A stretch of 64,000 nucleotides of DNA. It comes from an uncultured Chloroflexia bacterium (GTDB taxonomy: Bacteria > Chloroflexota > Limnocylindria > Limnocylindrales > CSP1-4). Where the stretch lies: assembly GCA_963764975.1 (NCBI GenBank), contig CAVXUF010000002.1:467809-531808 (forward strand), written 5' to 3'. The position numbers and the translations under genes are program-made. The notes beneath the pieces were generated by a model that made no database searches, was not told the DNA's origin, and was given only the letters and a program-made list of their open reading frames with translations. This document shows positions 46,745-57,083 of the stretch, piece after piece. Numbering within the stretch: the first letter of the stretch is position 1; each line of letters starts with the position of its first letter.

Positions 46745-49318
46745 GTGAACGACTCCGTCTCGGCGGTCTTGACCGCGATCCTCGATAGGTACGGCAGGGA
46801 GGTCTCATTCGACCCGCCTCGGGTAGAAGGCCTCCTGCGGGACTTGGCCGGCCAGCACAAGCGCGAGATCGCCGTCCTAGTCGTGGCGTGTCGGGCTGGC
46901 GTCCCCGGGGCACTGATTGGTGCGGCAAGTTCCGAGGAAGCCGACCTGCTCGCAAACCGCCTCGCAGCCCAGCTCGAACGAGACCTTGGATTGGCGCAGG
47001 GTCCATCGGCCTGGGCCGTAACAACATGGGCGGCGGCCCTCGGCGTTGAGGTTGGGCCATCTCTCAAGGCGGCCGCGATAGATCCGTCGACACCGGTGCC
47101 TGCGGTTGACCCCACAGTGGGCTCCACCCCTGCATCCCCCTCCCCCGTGAACTGGACGAACGTACCGCCGCCTGTGCCCGTGCTACTGCCCGACTGGCGA
47201 GCGGCCCTCGCCGCAATCGCCATTCGCTGGCGAACGGCCCTCGACGCAATCGCCGTTCGTTGGCCAGCTTGGAAGGCGAACGCTCGCGTAGCGGCGGGCA
47301 ACGTCCCACGCCGAGGGTGGGCGATCGGCGGTGGGGCGCTCGCTCTTGTCATCGTGGTGCTTGCCCTGTCGAGACCGTCGCCGCCGTCGAGTTCAGCGGC
47401 CAATCTAGCGGTCAGCCCAACCGCTCGACCAACTCCGACGAGCACCATCGTGCCGCCAACGCCGTCCAATGAGCCGTCGTTGACGACCGCCCCAACCGAC
47501 ACGGCCACCGGCTCGACCCCCGCTCCGACGCCGACGCCGTCCGCGGCGGCCTTTTCCGCGTGCCCGACGCCCGGCGCGCCGGGCAAGGCGTTCTCGGTCA
47601 CGACAGGGCTGGCGTACTCGGGCACCTCGGGGATGGGGGCTGTCGAAGTCGTGGTCCTCGGCCCGGGCGGGTCCCGGACTGGCGTGTACACGGAGGTCCA
47701 CAAGGCGAAGGCCGACGTGCTTGGCAAGCCGATCGTCGGCGACCGGGTGGCCAATGCGAACTCCGACTCTAGCGGCGCTGCCCTGATGGAGGTCAAGCCC
47801 GGCACGTACTCAGTGACCACGGACCTGCCTGGCTACAACTGGGGAGACCTGCAGGACGGCAAGGGGCAGAGCGGGATCACCGTCAGGTCCGGACGCAGGA
47901 CCCGCGTGACCATCAGCCTGGGTTCGATCACCTTCGTCCCGACGAAGGTCGACGGCGTCATCACAGGCAAATACGCCGAGATCCACCTGCAGAAGACCGA
48001 CAGCCAGGGCGGCGTCGTCACCGGCGATCGCGTGGGGGACGGCAACACCGACAACACGGGCGCGTTGACGATCCTCGTGACGCCCGGCTCCTACGTCCTC
48101 ACCTCGGACTTCGACGGCCACAACTGGGGCGACCTGTCCGACGGCAAGGGCTGCTCGGGCGTCAGCGTGGGCCCGAGGGACGATACCAAGGTCGAGCTCC
48201 CGCTCGGCCGCCTCCGGGTCGCGATTCCCGCGGGCAAGTACGCCGAGGTACACCTCGGCACAGCGGCGGCGCCGGGTGACCGCGTCGCGTCCGGGAACGC
48301 CGACAACACCGGCTACTGGGCCACCGACCTCGTTCCCGGCGCGTACGTCCTCGTCGTCGACGACCACGCCAGCGAGGTGACCGTCGAGGCCGGCCAGGTC
48401 ACCGACACGGCCACCGGCTCGACCCCCGCTCCGACGCCGACGCCGTCCGCGGCGGCCTTTTCCGCGTGCCCGACGCCCGGCGCGCCGGGCAAGGCGTTCT
48501 CGGTCACGACAGGGCTGGCGTACTCGGGCACCTCGGGGATGGGGGCTGTCGAAGTCGTGGTCCTCGGCCCGGGCGGGTCCCGGACTGGCGTGTACACGGA
48601 GGTCCACAAGGCGAAGGCCGACGTGCTTGGCAAGCCGATCGTCGGCGACCGGGTGGCCAATGCGAACTCCGACTCTAGCGGCGCTGCCCTGATGGAGGTC
48701 AAGCCCGGCACGTACTCAGTGACCACGGACCTGCCTGGCTACAACTGGGGAGACCTGCAGGACGGCAAGGGGCAGAGCGGGATCACCGTCAGGTCCGGAC
48801 GCAGGACCCGCGTGACCATCAGCCTGGGTTCGATCACCTTCGTCCCGACGAAGGTCGACGGCGTCATCACAGGCAAATACGCCGAGATCCACCTGCAGAA
48901 GACCGACAGCCAGGGCGGCGTCGTCACCGGCGATCGCGTGGGGGACGGCAACACCGACAACACGGGCGCGTTGACGATCCTTGTGACGCCCGGCTCCTAC
49001 GTCCTCACCTCGGACTTCGACGGCCACAACTGGGGCGACCTGTCCGACGGCAAGGGCTGCTCGGGCGTCAGCGTGGGCCCGAGGGACGATACCAAGGTCG
49101 AGCTCCCGCTCGGCCGCCTCCGGGTCGCGATTCCCGCGGGCAAGTACGCCGAGGTACACCTCGGCACAGCGGCGGCGCCGGGTGACCGCGTCGCGTCCGG
49201 GAACGCCGACAACACCGGCTACTGGGCCACCGACCTCGTTCCCGGCGCGTACGTCCTCGTCGTCGACGACCACGCCAGCGAGGTGACCGTCGAGGCCGGC
49301 CAGGTCACCGACAGCTAG
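46745..49318 (+). CDS. membrane protein: conserved N-terminal helical module + Pro/Thr linker + TM helix + six carboxypeptidase-regulatory/Ig-like extracellular repeats
   Basis: The N-terminal about 100 aa are shared with three other ORFs. TM helix GWAIGGGALALVIVVLALS. Repeated about 100-aa units have G-V-D...G...TD.TG...V.PG.Y. The gene contains a perfect 906-bp tandem duplication. Confidence 0.55.
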   Translation: MNDSVSAVLTAILDRYGREVSFDPPRVEGLLRDLAGQHKREIAVLVVACRAGVPGALIGAASSEEADLLANRLAAQLERDLGLAQGPSAWAVTTWAAALGVEVGPSLKAAAIDPSTPVPAVDPTVGSTPASPSPVNWTNVPPPVPVLLPDWRAALAAIAIRWRTALDAIAVRWPAWKANARVAAGNVPRRGWAIGGGALALVIVVLALSRPSPPSSSAANLAVSPTARPTPTSTIVPPTPSNEPSLTTAPTDTATGSTPAPTPTPSAAAFSACPTPGAPGKAFSVTTGLAYSGTSGMGAVEVVVLGPGGSRTGVYTEVHKAKADVLGKPIVGDRVANANSDSSGAALMEVKPGTYSVTTDLPGYNWGDLQDGKGQSGITVRSGRRTRVTISLGSITFVPTKVDGVITGKYAEIHLQKTDSQGGVVTGDRVGDGNTDNTGALTILVTPGSYVLTSDFDGHNWGDLSDGKGCSGVSVGPRDDTKVELPLGRLRVAIPAGKYAEVHLGTAAAPGDRVASGNADNTGYWATDLVPGAYVLVVDDHASEVTVEAGQVTDTATGSTPAPTPTPSAAAFSACPTPGAPGKAFSVTTGLAYSGTSGMGAVEVVVLGPGGSRTGVYTEVHKAKADVLGKPIVGDRVANANSDSSGAALMEVKPGTYSVTTDLPGYNWGDLQDGKGQSGITVRSGRRTRVTISLGSITFVPTKVDGVITGKYAEIHLQKTDSQGGVVTGDRVGDGNTDNTGALTILVTPGSYVLTSDFDGHNWGDLSDGKGCSGVSVGPRDDTKVELPLGRLRVAIPAGKYAEVHLGTAAAPGDRVASGNADNTGYWATDLVPGAYVLVVDDHASEVTVEAGQVTDS
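47495..49313. repeat. perfect tandem duplication, 906-bp unit x 2 (302 codons, in frame) inside the 46745..49318 gene
   Basis: Identical ORF translations are offset by exactly 906 bp (for example 47560..47772 = 48466..48678). Copy 1 is 47495-48400 and copy 2 is 48401-49306. Confidence 0.85.
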
Positions 49319-49394
49319 ACAGGTCGGCGACATCCGTCGAGGCCAGGCGACGTCAAAGACACCAGACGCCTCCGATGTCGCATCCTCGGGGACC

Positions 49395-49862
49395 TCAGGG
49401 CGGCAGCCCGATCTTACGGCGCACACGCGCCTCGATCGTCAGTCGTGCCTTCTGGACCTCGTCGGCCGCGTGCTGCAGGTCTGCAATCGCCGAGTTGATT
49501 TCGCCCACAACGGCATTCATCCCCGCGCCGTTCTGCCGACGGGTCCTCGATCTGGGCGACGCCGGCAGAGGCACTCCGAGGCTACCGAGGAGCGCCACGG
49601 AATCGCGCTCGATCTGGTCCAGTTCGCCGAGCAGTCTGGCGACGTCGGCGTCAGTGCGACGCTGCTTGTCCTGGCTGGCTTGCATGGCGGCCCGACTCCG
49701 GGCCTCTGTTGCGTCGCACCGTGAGACGTGCTCATTCTGTGAGGCAGCCTCGGAGCGACCCAGGTCCGCCTCAATTCGTGCCAGCTCCGTCAAGGTCCTC
49801 GCGACAGCGGCACGACCTGAGTAACCCGGGTCACCCGGACGGAGTTTCGGAGCGACCATCAA
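49395..49862 (-). CDS. hypothetical coiled-coil protein
   Basis: 155-aa helical ORF with a 4-nt overlap to the upstream small ORF. Confidence 0.3.
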   Translation of the reverse strand: MMVAPKLRPGDPGYSGRAAVARTLTELARIEADLGRSEAASQNEHVSRCDATEARSRAAMQASQDKQRRTDADVARLLGELDQIERDSVALLGSLGVPLPASPRSRTRRQNGAGMNAVVGEINSAIADLQHAADEVQKARLTIEARVRRKIGLPP

Positions 49863-50074
49863 GGGACCGAGCTGCGGATGCTCTCCAGCACGGCGTCGAG
49901 TTCCCGCATCTGATCGAGGAACGCGGACGCCGCGCGAGTGAGCGGACCCCAGTAGTCGCCTTCGAATTCACTTCGGACCCTGTCGCTCCAGACCTCACCG
50001 GTGAGAGCCCACTCAGCATTCAGCCATTGGCAGGCCTGCTCGAACTCGGCTACAAATGTCGACCCCGCCATCAC
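49859..50074 (-). CDS. WXG100-like small helical protein (W-x-D variant), paralog 3
   Basis: EVWSDRVRSEFEGDYW aligns with the central motif of the other two paralogs. Confidence 0.35.
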   Translation of the reverse strand: MMAGSTFVAEFEQACQWLNAEWALTGEVWSDRVRSEFEGDYWGPLTRAASAFLDQMRELDAVLESIRSSVP

Positions 50075-50346
50075 GGGACGCCCAGATAGGCTTTGAGCGC
50101 TGCGGCCTTGTCCTGAAGGAACGAGATGCCGTCGGCCGACCGAGCCATGTAGCGGCTGATGGCGTCATCGACCTCGCTCCACTCCTCGGAGAACTGTTGG
50201 TAGCGCGAATCCTGCCAGCCTTCGCCCAGCCGTGCGAATTCCGTGTTGCACCGCTCCATGCTCTCGGCTAGTTCCATGTTGAACACGCGGACCTCGCGGA
50301 GGAACGCCTCGAGTAGCTCGAGATCCACATCAATCCCGCCCGACAT
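50071..50346 (-). CDS. WXG100-like small helical protein (W-x-D variant), paralog 2
   Basis: 91 aa from ATG 50346 (MSGGIDVDLELLEAF...). The central motif is GEGWQDSRYQQFSEEW. Confidence 0.4.
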   Translation of the reverse strand: MSGGIDVDLELLEAFLREVRVFNMELAESMERCNTEFARLGEGWQDSRYQQFSEEWSEVDDAISRYMARSADGISFLQDKAAALKAYLGVP

Positions 50347-50456
50347 ACCGCCTCCTCTAACTGTCGTCCCGCGCCTACCGTTCCCACCACCCGACTTGGC
50401 CGGCCTTCTCCTGAAGCTGTGCGCGGGCGCCGGGACACGTTGCATGGAGCTCCTGC

Positions 50457-50807
50457 TCAAATCGACTGGACGACGTGGCGAGGCCATCGGAAGCCGCATA
50501 GGCTCGCCGCTCGAGCGACGTTGCGATATCGAGAATTCGTCTGAGCCTCGTCGCGCGCGGCAACCAGCGCGTAGCAATCCACCTCGCCCCCGCTCGCGAT
50601 TGCTGCCGCCTCGCATTGGCGGAGCTCAAGCTGACGCGCCTCGACCTCTCGCAGCCAGTAGGCGCGCCGCTCTCCCGTGAGTTGGACCACGGCTCCGACT
50701 GCCTCCCGTGCCTCTGCGACGGCACCGGCGGATCGTTCTTCGAACCGGCCGATCGAACCGGCAAGGTCTCGCGCGACTTCGCCACCCGAGATGCGTCCAT
50801 TCCACAT
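50457..50807 (-). CDS. small helical hypothetical protein
   Basis: 117 aa from ATG 50807, lying between WXG-like genes. Confidence 0.3.
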   Translation of the reverse strand: MWNGRISGGEVARDLAGSIGRFEERSAGAVAEAREAVGAVVQLTGERRAYWLREVEARQLELRQCEAAAIASGGEVDCYALVAARDEAQTNSRYRNVARAASLCGFRWPRHVVQSI

Positions 50808-50811
50808 CAGA

Positions 50812-51084
50812 CTATGCCTCGTAGTCTCGGGCCTCGGCGAGGCGCGAACGGAGGTACTCGACATAGCGCTCGGATCGCGCGAGGTAGTGCTCGATAACAG
50901 GGTACGTCTCGTCCCAGTCGCTCAAGAACCGCATCGCCTGCGGATCGCGCCAGGCCGACAGAAGCTCGGCCCACGCCCCGTTCAGGTTCGAGGCACGCGC
51001 CTGAAGATCCGTGTTGTAGGAAACGAGGGTCGAGATGAACGCACTCAGCGCGTCGGGATCCCTCAGGGTCCCCCTTGTGCTCAT
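50812..51084 (-). CDS. WXG100-like small helical protein (W-x-D variant), paralog 1
   Basis: 90 aa. Central GAWAELLSAWRDPQAMRFLSDW, a predicted helix-turn-helix hairpin. Confidence 0.4.
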   Translation of the reverse strand: MSTRGTLRDPDALSAFISTLVSYNTDLQARASNLNGAWAELLSAWRDPQAMRFLSDWDETYPVIEHYLARSERYVEYLRSRLAEARDYEA

Positions 51085-53598
51085 GTCACTTCCCTTTCTG
51101 TAGCTGCTTGACGATTGTCCACCGCGTCAGGCTGTCGTCGCCCTCTGAGCCGCGTTGCGATCCTCGCCCACGTTTCCGAGTCTGGCAGTTCATAAGGCTT
51201 GAACTTCACCGGTCGATGGGCACGGACATCGTCTTTGAAGAGTGCCCGCTCAGCCCCGAGGCGACCGGCTGCCGGGATCTGGAGATAGGCGTTCGACTCA
51301 GAATCTGGCATCGGCAGGGCGACGCGCAACCCGAAGGCCAGGGTGGCCTGCCTCTGGACAAGACGCTCGAGGTTCGTGAAGACGGCCGACCATGCGAATA
51401 TGTGAACGCCAACACCCGGCCCATCGTTCACCACGTCTAGGAATGCCGCGGCAGCTCCGGCGGCCTTGCCAAACCGATCCGTCTCTCGCAAGGCGTCGAG
51501 CCTGTCAAGGCCCGGGATGACCACGATCTTCGAGCGCCCTGCCGCGCCGGTCCTTCGGCTGGCGACAACCTCGGCCAGGTCGCCGAACAGGTCGCCGACT
51601 CCTGACATGGGCAGTGTCGCCACCTCGTGCGGCACAGTCTGGCCGAGCTCGTCGAAGATCTTGCTCCATGCGTGACCTCCCGTGCTCGCCTGCACAATGG
51701 CCAGGTCCAGCTCGTCGACGCCGCCGTCTGCGCACGCGCCGATAAGCGCCGAGCACAAGATCGCATGGGCAAGGCGCTCATCTTGCCCAGCGATCAGAAG
51801 ATTCTCCCTTGGCATCCTGGCGAGAGTCGCGGCGAGGTGTGGGCCGATCTCGATAGGCTCGCCGAGCCAGAGGCGGGCGCCATCGATTCCGTACCCAGAG
51901 TCGCTGGCAAGAGACTTCCCGAGGTCTACGTTCTCGCGAAGTCGCGCGGGGGCGCTGGAGGAGAAGACGTATGGTGCCCAGGATCGCGCGGCGCCGGCCT
52001 TTCCTAGCTGCCGAATCTGAGCGATCCGCTGTCGCCGTTCCTCCGGTTCAAGCATGGCCACCCGCAACATGACATTGCGGGTGGCATCTCCACCGGCGTC
52101 GTTGTACACGGCCTCGCCCGACTTCTCGAGCGACGCAGCAGCCGCGTTGTTGTCGCCCAGGATGAGGCGAGCGTCGGCATCAGCGATGGACAGGGCGATA
52201 CGGAGGCTCACGGAGATTCATGGCCGAGCGGTTGCTGGTGAAACTGCTCGCTGGTGTCTGGCTGCTCAGAAGCACGTGGATACCGAAGCCCCGCCCGCGC
52301 TTGATGAGGTCGGCGAGCTGCGTGGTCGCCGCGGCCGTCAGGGTCGGATCGCCCCCGTCGCCGAACAGGATCTGATACTCGTCGAGGACCAGGAGCACGC
52401 GCGCCATCGGCTGGCCCGTCGAAGCCCGGTAGGCCTTGATCGTCTGTGTCTGAGCCTGCCGGAAGAGCACCCCGCGACGCGCCAGCTCCTGCCCGATCGC
52501 GTTGAGAACGCTCAGACCCTGCTCGGGATCGCTTTCCAGGCCGATGGCGCGGGCGTGCGGGAGCCCTCCGCGCGCATAGTCCTGAAACTCGACTCCTTCC
52601 TTGAAGTCGAGCAGGTAGACCTCCAATTCATCTGGGGAGTAGGCGGCCGCCAACTGGACCAGTAGTACATGAAGGAGGTTGGTCTTGCCCGAACCCGGGA
52701 GACCACCGATGAGTCCGTGGTGCACGAGGCCCGAGCCGATGACGAATTCGTGGGGCTGACCTCTGGCGTCCGTGCCGATGACGGCCCGAAGCCCATCGCT
52801 TGAGTCCGATTTCCACAACTGGTCTGGCGGGATCGCCACCCTCGCAAACGGGACCGTCTCGTCGGCCTGGGCGTCAGCTCCGTGCCCGGCGACGTCAAGC
52901 AGACGATCCAGCACGGCATCGCTTGGCGACTCATCCAGGCGCACGCGATATCGGCCCAAGTCCGGCTCGTTCCAGGAAGCCATCCCTCCACTGTCAACCC
53001 GCAGCGTCCAACATCTTGCCGATGCCGCCGCGAGGTCGAGAGACCGAGGCAGCTGACCACCGGTCTGGTGCACGGTCGCGAGGACGATCGTTCCAGTGCG
53101 AGGCCCATTCTCTATAAGTCGGAACAGCGACGCCGCGGACGTCTCAGAGAAGCCCGCCGGGTAACCGACGACCGCCACAAACTCGTACCTAACGCGCTGC
53201 ACGCCGGGTTTCCGGTTGTGGTCCTCGATCGATGCGCTGTTCAGCAGCTGGTTTTGCGTCACTGCCTCAACGTGGGACAGAAGGCGGCTGAGCTCGGACT
53301 CCAGCTCACGTGCGTCCGAGTAGACCTTGTCGCGACGAACTTGGGTGGGCAGGCGTAGGTAGGTCTTCAAATTCTGGCCAAGGCCCGCGGGGTCAATCAG
53401 GGTCAGCCGGTAACTCCCCGGCGGCACAGTCCCCACGATCCGAGCGAGGACGCTCTTGAGCGACTGGGCGGCGAAATCGGAAGCATTGGCGTCGGCAAGC
53501 CAAAGGATGGGCCGGCTCGCAAACAGCGGCAGGAGCGCCGGTGCAGGCGACCCGACCCGGGGCACATCTATGGCGCCGACGCGGATCGAAGCCGGCAA
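51081..53598 (-). pseudogene. FtsK/SpoIIIE-family (EccCb/EssC-like) ATPase, frameshifted around 52180-52211 and apparently 5-prime truncated
   Basis: ORF 52180..53598 has Walker A GLIGGLPGSGKT and Walker B VLLVLDEYQ. ORF 51081..52211 continues the same domain in another frame (SLRIALSIADADARLILG, equivalent to the FtsK RIAF...DSRTIL region), then a degenerate third domain. The upstream frame is open to about 53874 but has no start other than TTG 53598. Confidence 0.55.
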
Positions 53599-54114
53599 GC
53601 GACCGGGCTGGGAGCCGCCGGACAGCGGCCACTGCGACGACCAGGGTTCTGCGATTGCCCCGAGGAACGCGATGGCCTCCCTTATCGGTCTGACGACGTC
53701 GCGATCGATCAGACCCTGGGCTCGCTGACGCTCCTGATCAACCTCCTGCTTGGCCTGCTGCTCGCTCGCCGCGATCGCTCGTCTTGCCGCATCGCGGCTG
53801 CGGGTCGAATTCCTGCTGAACGTCCCGAGCTGCCGCTTGCCGCTCTGTGGCCGCCTCAGCTCTGGCGAGGTCGATCAGCGTTTGGAGGTGAAGGTATCGA
53901 TCGAGTAGAGCATCGATAGCCCTGCGTTCAGTGCCCATTGCCTCGCGGTGCCCCTCCGCTCGATCGAGGCGTGTCGCACGAGGACAGGATCATCGTCTGT
54001 CCGCCGGTCAGCGCGCGTGCAGCCATCCTACTAAATCGGGGCCGAGTCAATTGCTCTGACCGGCTGGTCCGCGCATCACGCCTGCCCGTCATGCGGCGCC
54101 TGAACCGACCCACG

Positions 54115-55653
54115 TCAGGGCATGCCGTTGTTCGTCCACCACGTCGTGAGGGCCTTGATCGAGTAGCCCTTCTTGGCGTTCAGCACGCCGTACACCAGTC
54201 TCCGCTCATCGGTCCACCGGATGGCTGCGTTCCCATCGAGCTTCTTCAGGTAGCAGATGGCGCGCCCGCCCGCCCAGGCCGTTTCCCCAGTACCACCGGC
54301 AATACAGGAACCCGAGTCCTGTTCGACGCCAGACTGCGCAGCGATTGTCTTTGATCGGAACGCATACCACGCAGATAGGGCTTCGGTGCTTGTGAACTGG
54401 AAGAAGGCGATGTCCTCCAGCTTTGAGGTCGGGTTCGCGCAATCGATCACGGCGACGTCCCCAACAGGGTCGTTGACGCTCTCGTCCTTCGCATGATCGA
54501 CCGTGGGGTCATTGGGGCTACACGCTGCGCGCCATGCCGGTGCCGCCAGCTCAAGGAGAGCCTGCTGTTCGGGCGACATTAGTGGCCCGTCGCCGGACTC
54601 GAGATAGAGCGTGTGGTTCCACCAAAGATCGACAACCGACGCAAGTGATGTGGCCGTCGAGCCGGACGCGGTACCGACGACGCTCGACCGCGAGTCGAGC
54701 CACGACACGCGTGCCGGCTGCCCTGCTGCGCACGAGACGCGCCCGTAGGAATACTCGACTTCGCCGGGCTGCCCGTTCCAGCAGCCAGCCGTGCCGACGG
54801 CCACGCCGGCCGCGGACTGCAGGGTTTCGTAGCGGGCCTGTGCCTTTGTGGCGTCCGGGAAAAGCTCAATGACGAAGGCGACGTGAGACTTCGAGCATCT
54901 GACCGCGACCACAGCACTTTCGGCTACGTCCGTCGCATCGCCAGGCGCTACCGGGACACAATCGGCGGGTCCCATTCGGGCTGACAGGGCGCTCATCAAA
55001 GTCGCGACAAGAGCTGGCGCTCGGGATGAAGAGGGGGTTGCGACGGCCACCTCGCCGGGCGCGCCTGAGGAGGGTGCCGCCGCTGCGCTGCCACCACCCG
55101 AGGACGTAGGCGGAGATCCGTTTGCCGAACTCGGAGCAGCCTGCGGGCGGATCGTGACAGCAGCCAAGATCGCGACTATCGCGATCGATGCGCCGACCGG
55201 GACGACGAGCCGTCGTGACGGCCGGCGTGGTTCATCCGTTGTAGCAGTCGTGGAGTTTGCGCCGGCGACACTCGCGACACGCGCAGCTGAGACATGGGAC
55301 GGCTCCGCGGTCAGCGAGGAGGAGGGCAGCGTACGGGCGTTGAATGACGTGTCGATCCCAAGCGCCGCGGCCCATGCCCCGACGGCCCAGCTGGCGGGAC
55401 CTGGAGCTATGCCCTCAGCATCTTCGAGCCTGCCCGACAGGGCTGGCACAAGGACGTGGATTTCGGCTCCGGAAGCCTCGAGTAAAGCGCGAGGAATGCC
55501 CTCTCGAGCTGCCGCTACCAGGACCGCAACTTCCTTGCGGTGCCCGGTGGCGAGGTCGCGGAGGAGAGCCTCGAGTCGACGAGGATCGTCTGACACCTCT
55601 GTCCCGAAACGCTCCACTAGGATTGCTAGGACATCTGTGGCCGCATCGTTCAC
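54115..55653 (-). CDS. membrane protein: conserved N-terminal helical module + TM helix + duplicated Cys-containing extracellular domain
   Basis: N-terminal MNDAATDVLAILVERFGTEVSDDPRRLEALLRDL... is paralogous to the 46745, 56036 and 57409 genes. TM helix VPVGASIAIVAILAAVTI. Confidence 0.5.
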   Translation of the reverse strand: MNDAATDVLAILVERFGTEVSDDPRRLEALLRDLATGHRKEVAVLVAAAREGIPRALLEASGAEIHVLVPALSGRLEDAEGIAPGPASWAVGAWAAALGIDTSFNARTLPSSSLTAEPSHVSAARVASVAGANSTTATTDEPRRPSRRLVVPVGASIAIVAILAAVTIRPQAAPSSANGSPPTSSGGGSAAAAPSSGAPGEVAVATPSSSRAPALVATLMSALSARMGPADCVPVAPGDATDVAESAVVAVRCSKSHVAFVIELFPDATKAQARYETLQSAAGVAVGTAGCWNGQPGEVEYSYGRVSCAAGQPARVSWLDSRSSVVGTASGSTATSLASVVDLWWNHTLYLESGDGPLMSPEQQALLELAAPAWRAACSPNDPTVDHAKDESVNDPVGDVAVIDCANPTSKLEDIAFFQFTSTEALSAWYAFRSKTIAAQSGVEQDSGSCIAGGTGETAWAGGRAICYLKKLDGNAAIRWTDERRLVYGVLNAKKGYSIKALTTWWTNNGMP

Positions 55654-56035
55654 CCATCCCTCCGGTCAACCGGGCACCCGGCGGGTGCGACGACCGGGGG
55701 CTCCTGCCGCACGGCGATCTGGCAACCCTTCAGGATTGTCCGAGATTATGCCACCGCGGAGTGTCATCGTGACATGGCCTCGTGGCCCGACCGCTAGCCA
55801 CACCACCTGACGTCTTCGGACTGTGACTTGCCGCAGCCGTTGGTTCCATGCGCTCCAATTCAGCTTGGTCCGCGCCGAAGGTAGGAAGGTTCCACCCGCG
55901 TCGACAGCCGCCAACTTGCCCGACATCATCATGCGCAGGGCTGACGCGAAGTCATTCGGCCGGACCTCCAGCAGCAGCCCCGCAGTGATGACTCCATGGG
56001 GGCGGCAGCAGCTTGTGCTCCCTTGGGAATCCGAC

Positions 56036-56848
56036 TCAGGCGGCGATGATCTGCAACGGTACCGCTGTCACTGTGCCCTCTTGGATCAGCCAACCCGACA
56101 ATCCCGGCACAGGCGCCAATGTCGCGAAAATGCGAAGGGCATCGGGGTAATGGTGGAGACTGATGTCCATGGAGCTGGGTCGGGACCAGGTTCCTATCGG
56201 ATCAGTTGAGTAGATGGCCCAGAACACCTCATCCCGATCGTCTATTTCGATCGACGCGGCTAGCAGAATTTCGGGATCAATTTCAAAACGGCTCGGGCTC
56301 ATGGCCCTATTCCTTGACGGGTAGATGCGCGTCGCGATTCCACCCGTCTGGTATGGAGCATTGCCGATGACCAAGCCACACGCGGCGTTGGGGAACGCCT
56401 GTCTTCCCGCATCGAGAATTGCTTGGGCAAGGTGTCCGGGAAGGTAAGCCGCCCCCACGGCAATGGACCTTGAGGCTGTTTGGTCCGAGTGGCCGCCCTT
56501 CGAGTCTGCTGGCGCGGGTGTCAGGCTCGCGGGCCCCCCAACGAAATCTAGGCCGAGGGCAAAGGCCCATGTGTCGATCGCCCAGCTGGCCGGTTGCTCG
56601 GCAACTCCTGCCTCATCCCGCAGACGTCGCGTGAGCCGCGCGATGAGAAGCCGATCTCCCCGGCCACCCGCCATCGTGAATTCCGCCACCACGCCTTGCC
56701 GAACTGCGGTGACGAGAACCGCTATCTCGAGCCGGTCCCTGCCAGACAAATCCCGCAGAATCGCCTCGACGAGGCGCGGGTTATTGACGAAGTCCGTCCC
56801 GCGGTCGACAACGATCCTTCGCAGGACTTCCCGGACCTCGTCGTTCAT
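56036..56848 (-). CDS. conserved N-terminal helical module fused to a JAB/MPN (Mec+/JAMM-like) domain with substituted metal ligands
   Basis: ACGLVIGN...RIYPSRNRAMSPSRFEIDPE...VFWAIYSTDP....PSSMD aligns with the JAMM core (..YHSHP...S-x2-D), with H replaced by S and H replaced by D. The start is ATG 56848 (MNDEVREVL). Confidence 0.5.
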   Translation of the reverse strand: MNDEVREVLRRIVVDRGTDFVNNPRLVEAILRDLSGRDRLEIAVLVTAVRQGVVAEFTMAGGRGDRLLIARLTRRLRDEAGVAEQPASWAIDTWAFALGLDFVGGPASLTPAPADSKGGHSDQTASRSIAVGAAYLPGHLAQAILDAGRQAFPNAACGLVIGNAPYQTGGIATRIYPSRNRAMSPSRFEIDPEILLAASIEIDDRDEVFWAIYSTDPIGTWSRPSSMDISLHHYPDALRIFATLAPVPGLSGWLIQEGTVTAVPLQIIAA

Positions 56849-57083
56849 CTTCGCGATGCCCGAGAGCGAGTCAGTTCGTGCGCCGTCGATGCGAGTTGCC
56901 GAAGTTTGGGGTCGGATCGAGGCATCGGGAGGGCGGCCAACGAGGGGCACCAGGCTGCCAGGCTGTCGACTGGGCAAGATGACGACGAAGATGCCGGTTG
57001 CGGCGTGCTCGGCCTAAAGCCACTCGTTTCGAAACGGGCCACGTCTCGCCCGAGCAAGCGTCGTCGAGGGAAGCACCGCACCG

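Noticed and set aside
53600-54114. Small ORFs 53738..53938 and 53928..54113
   Set aside because: They lie in the open upstream extension or remnant of the degraded FtsK-like gene. There are no supporting motifs.
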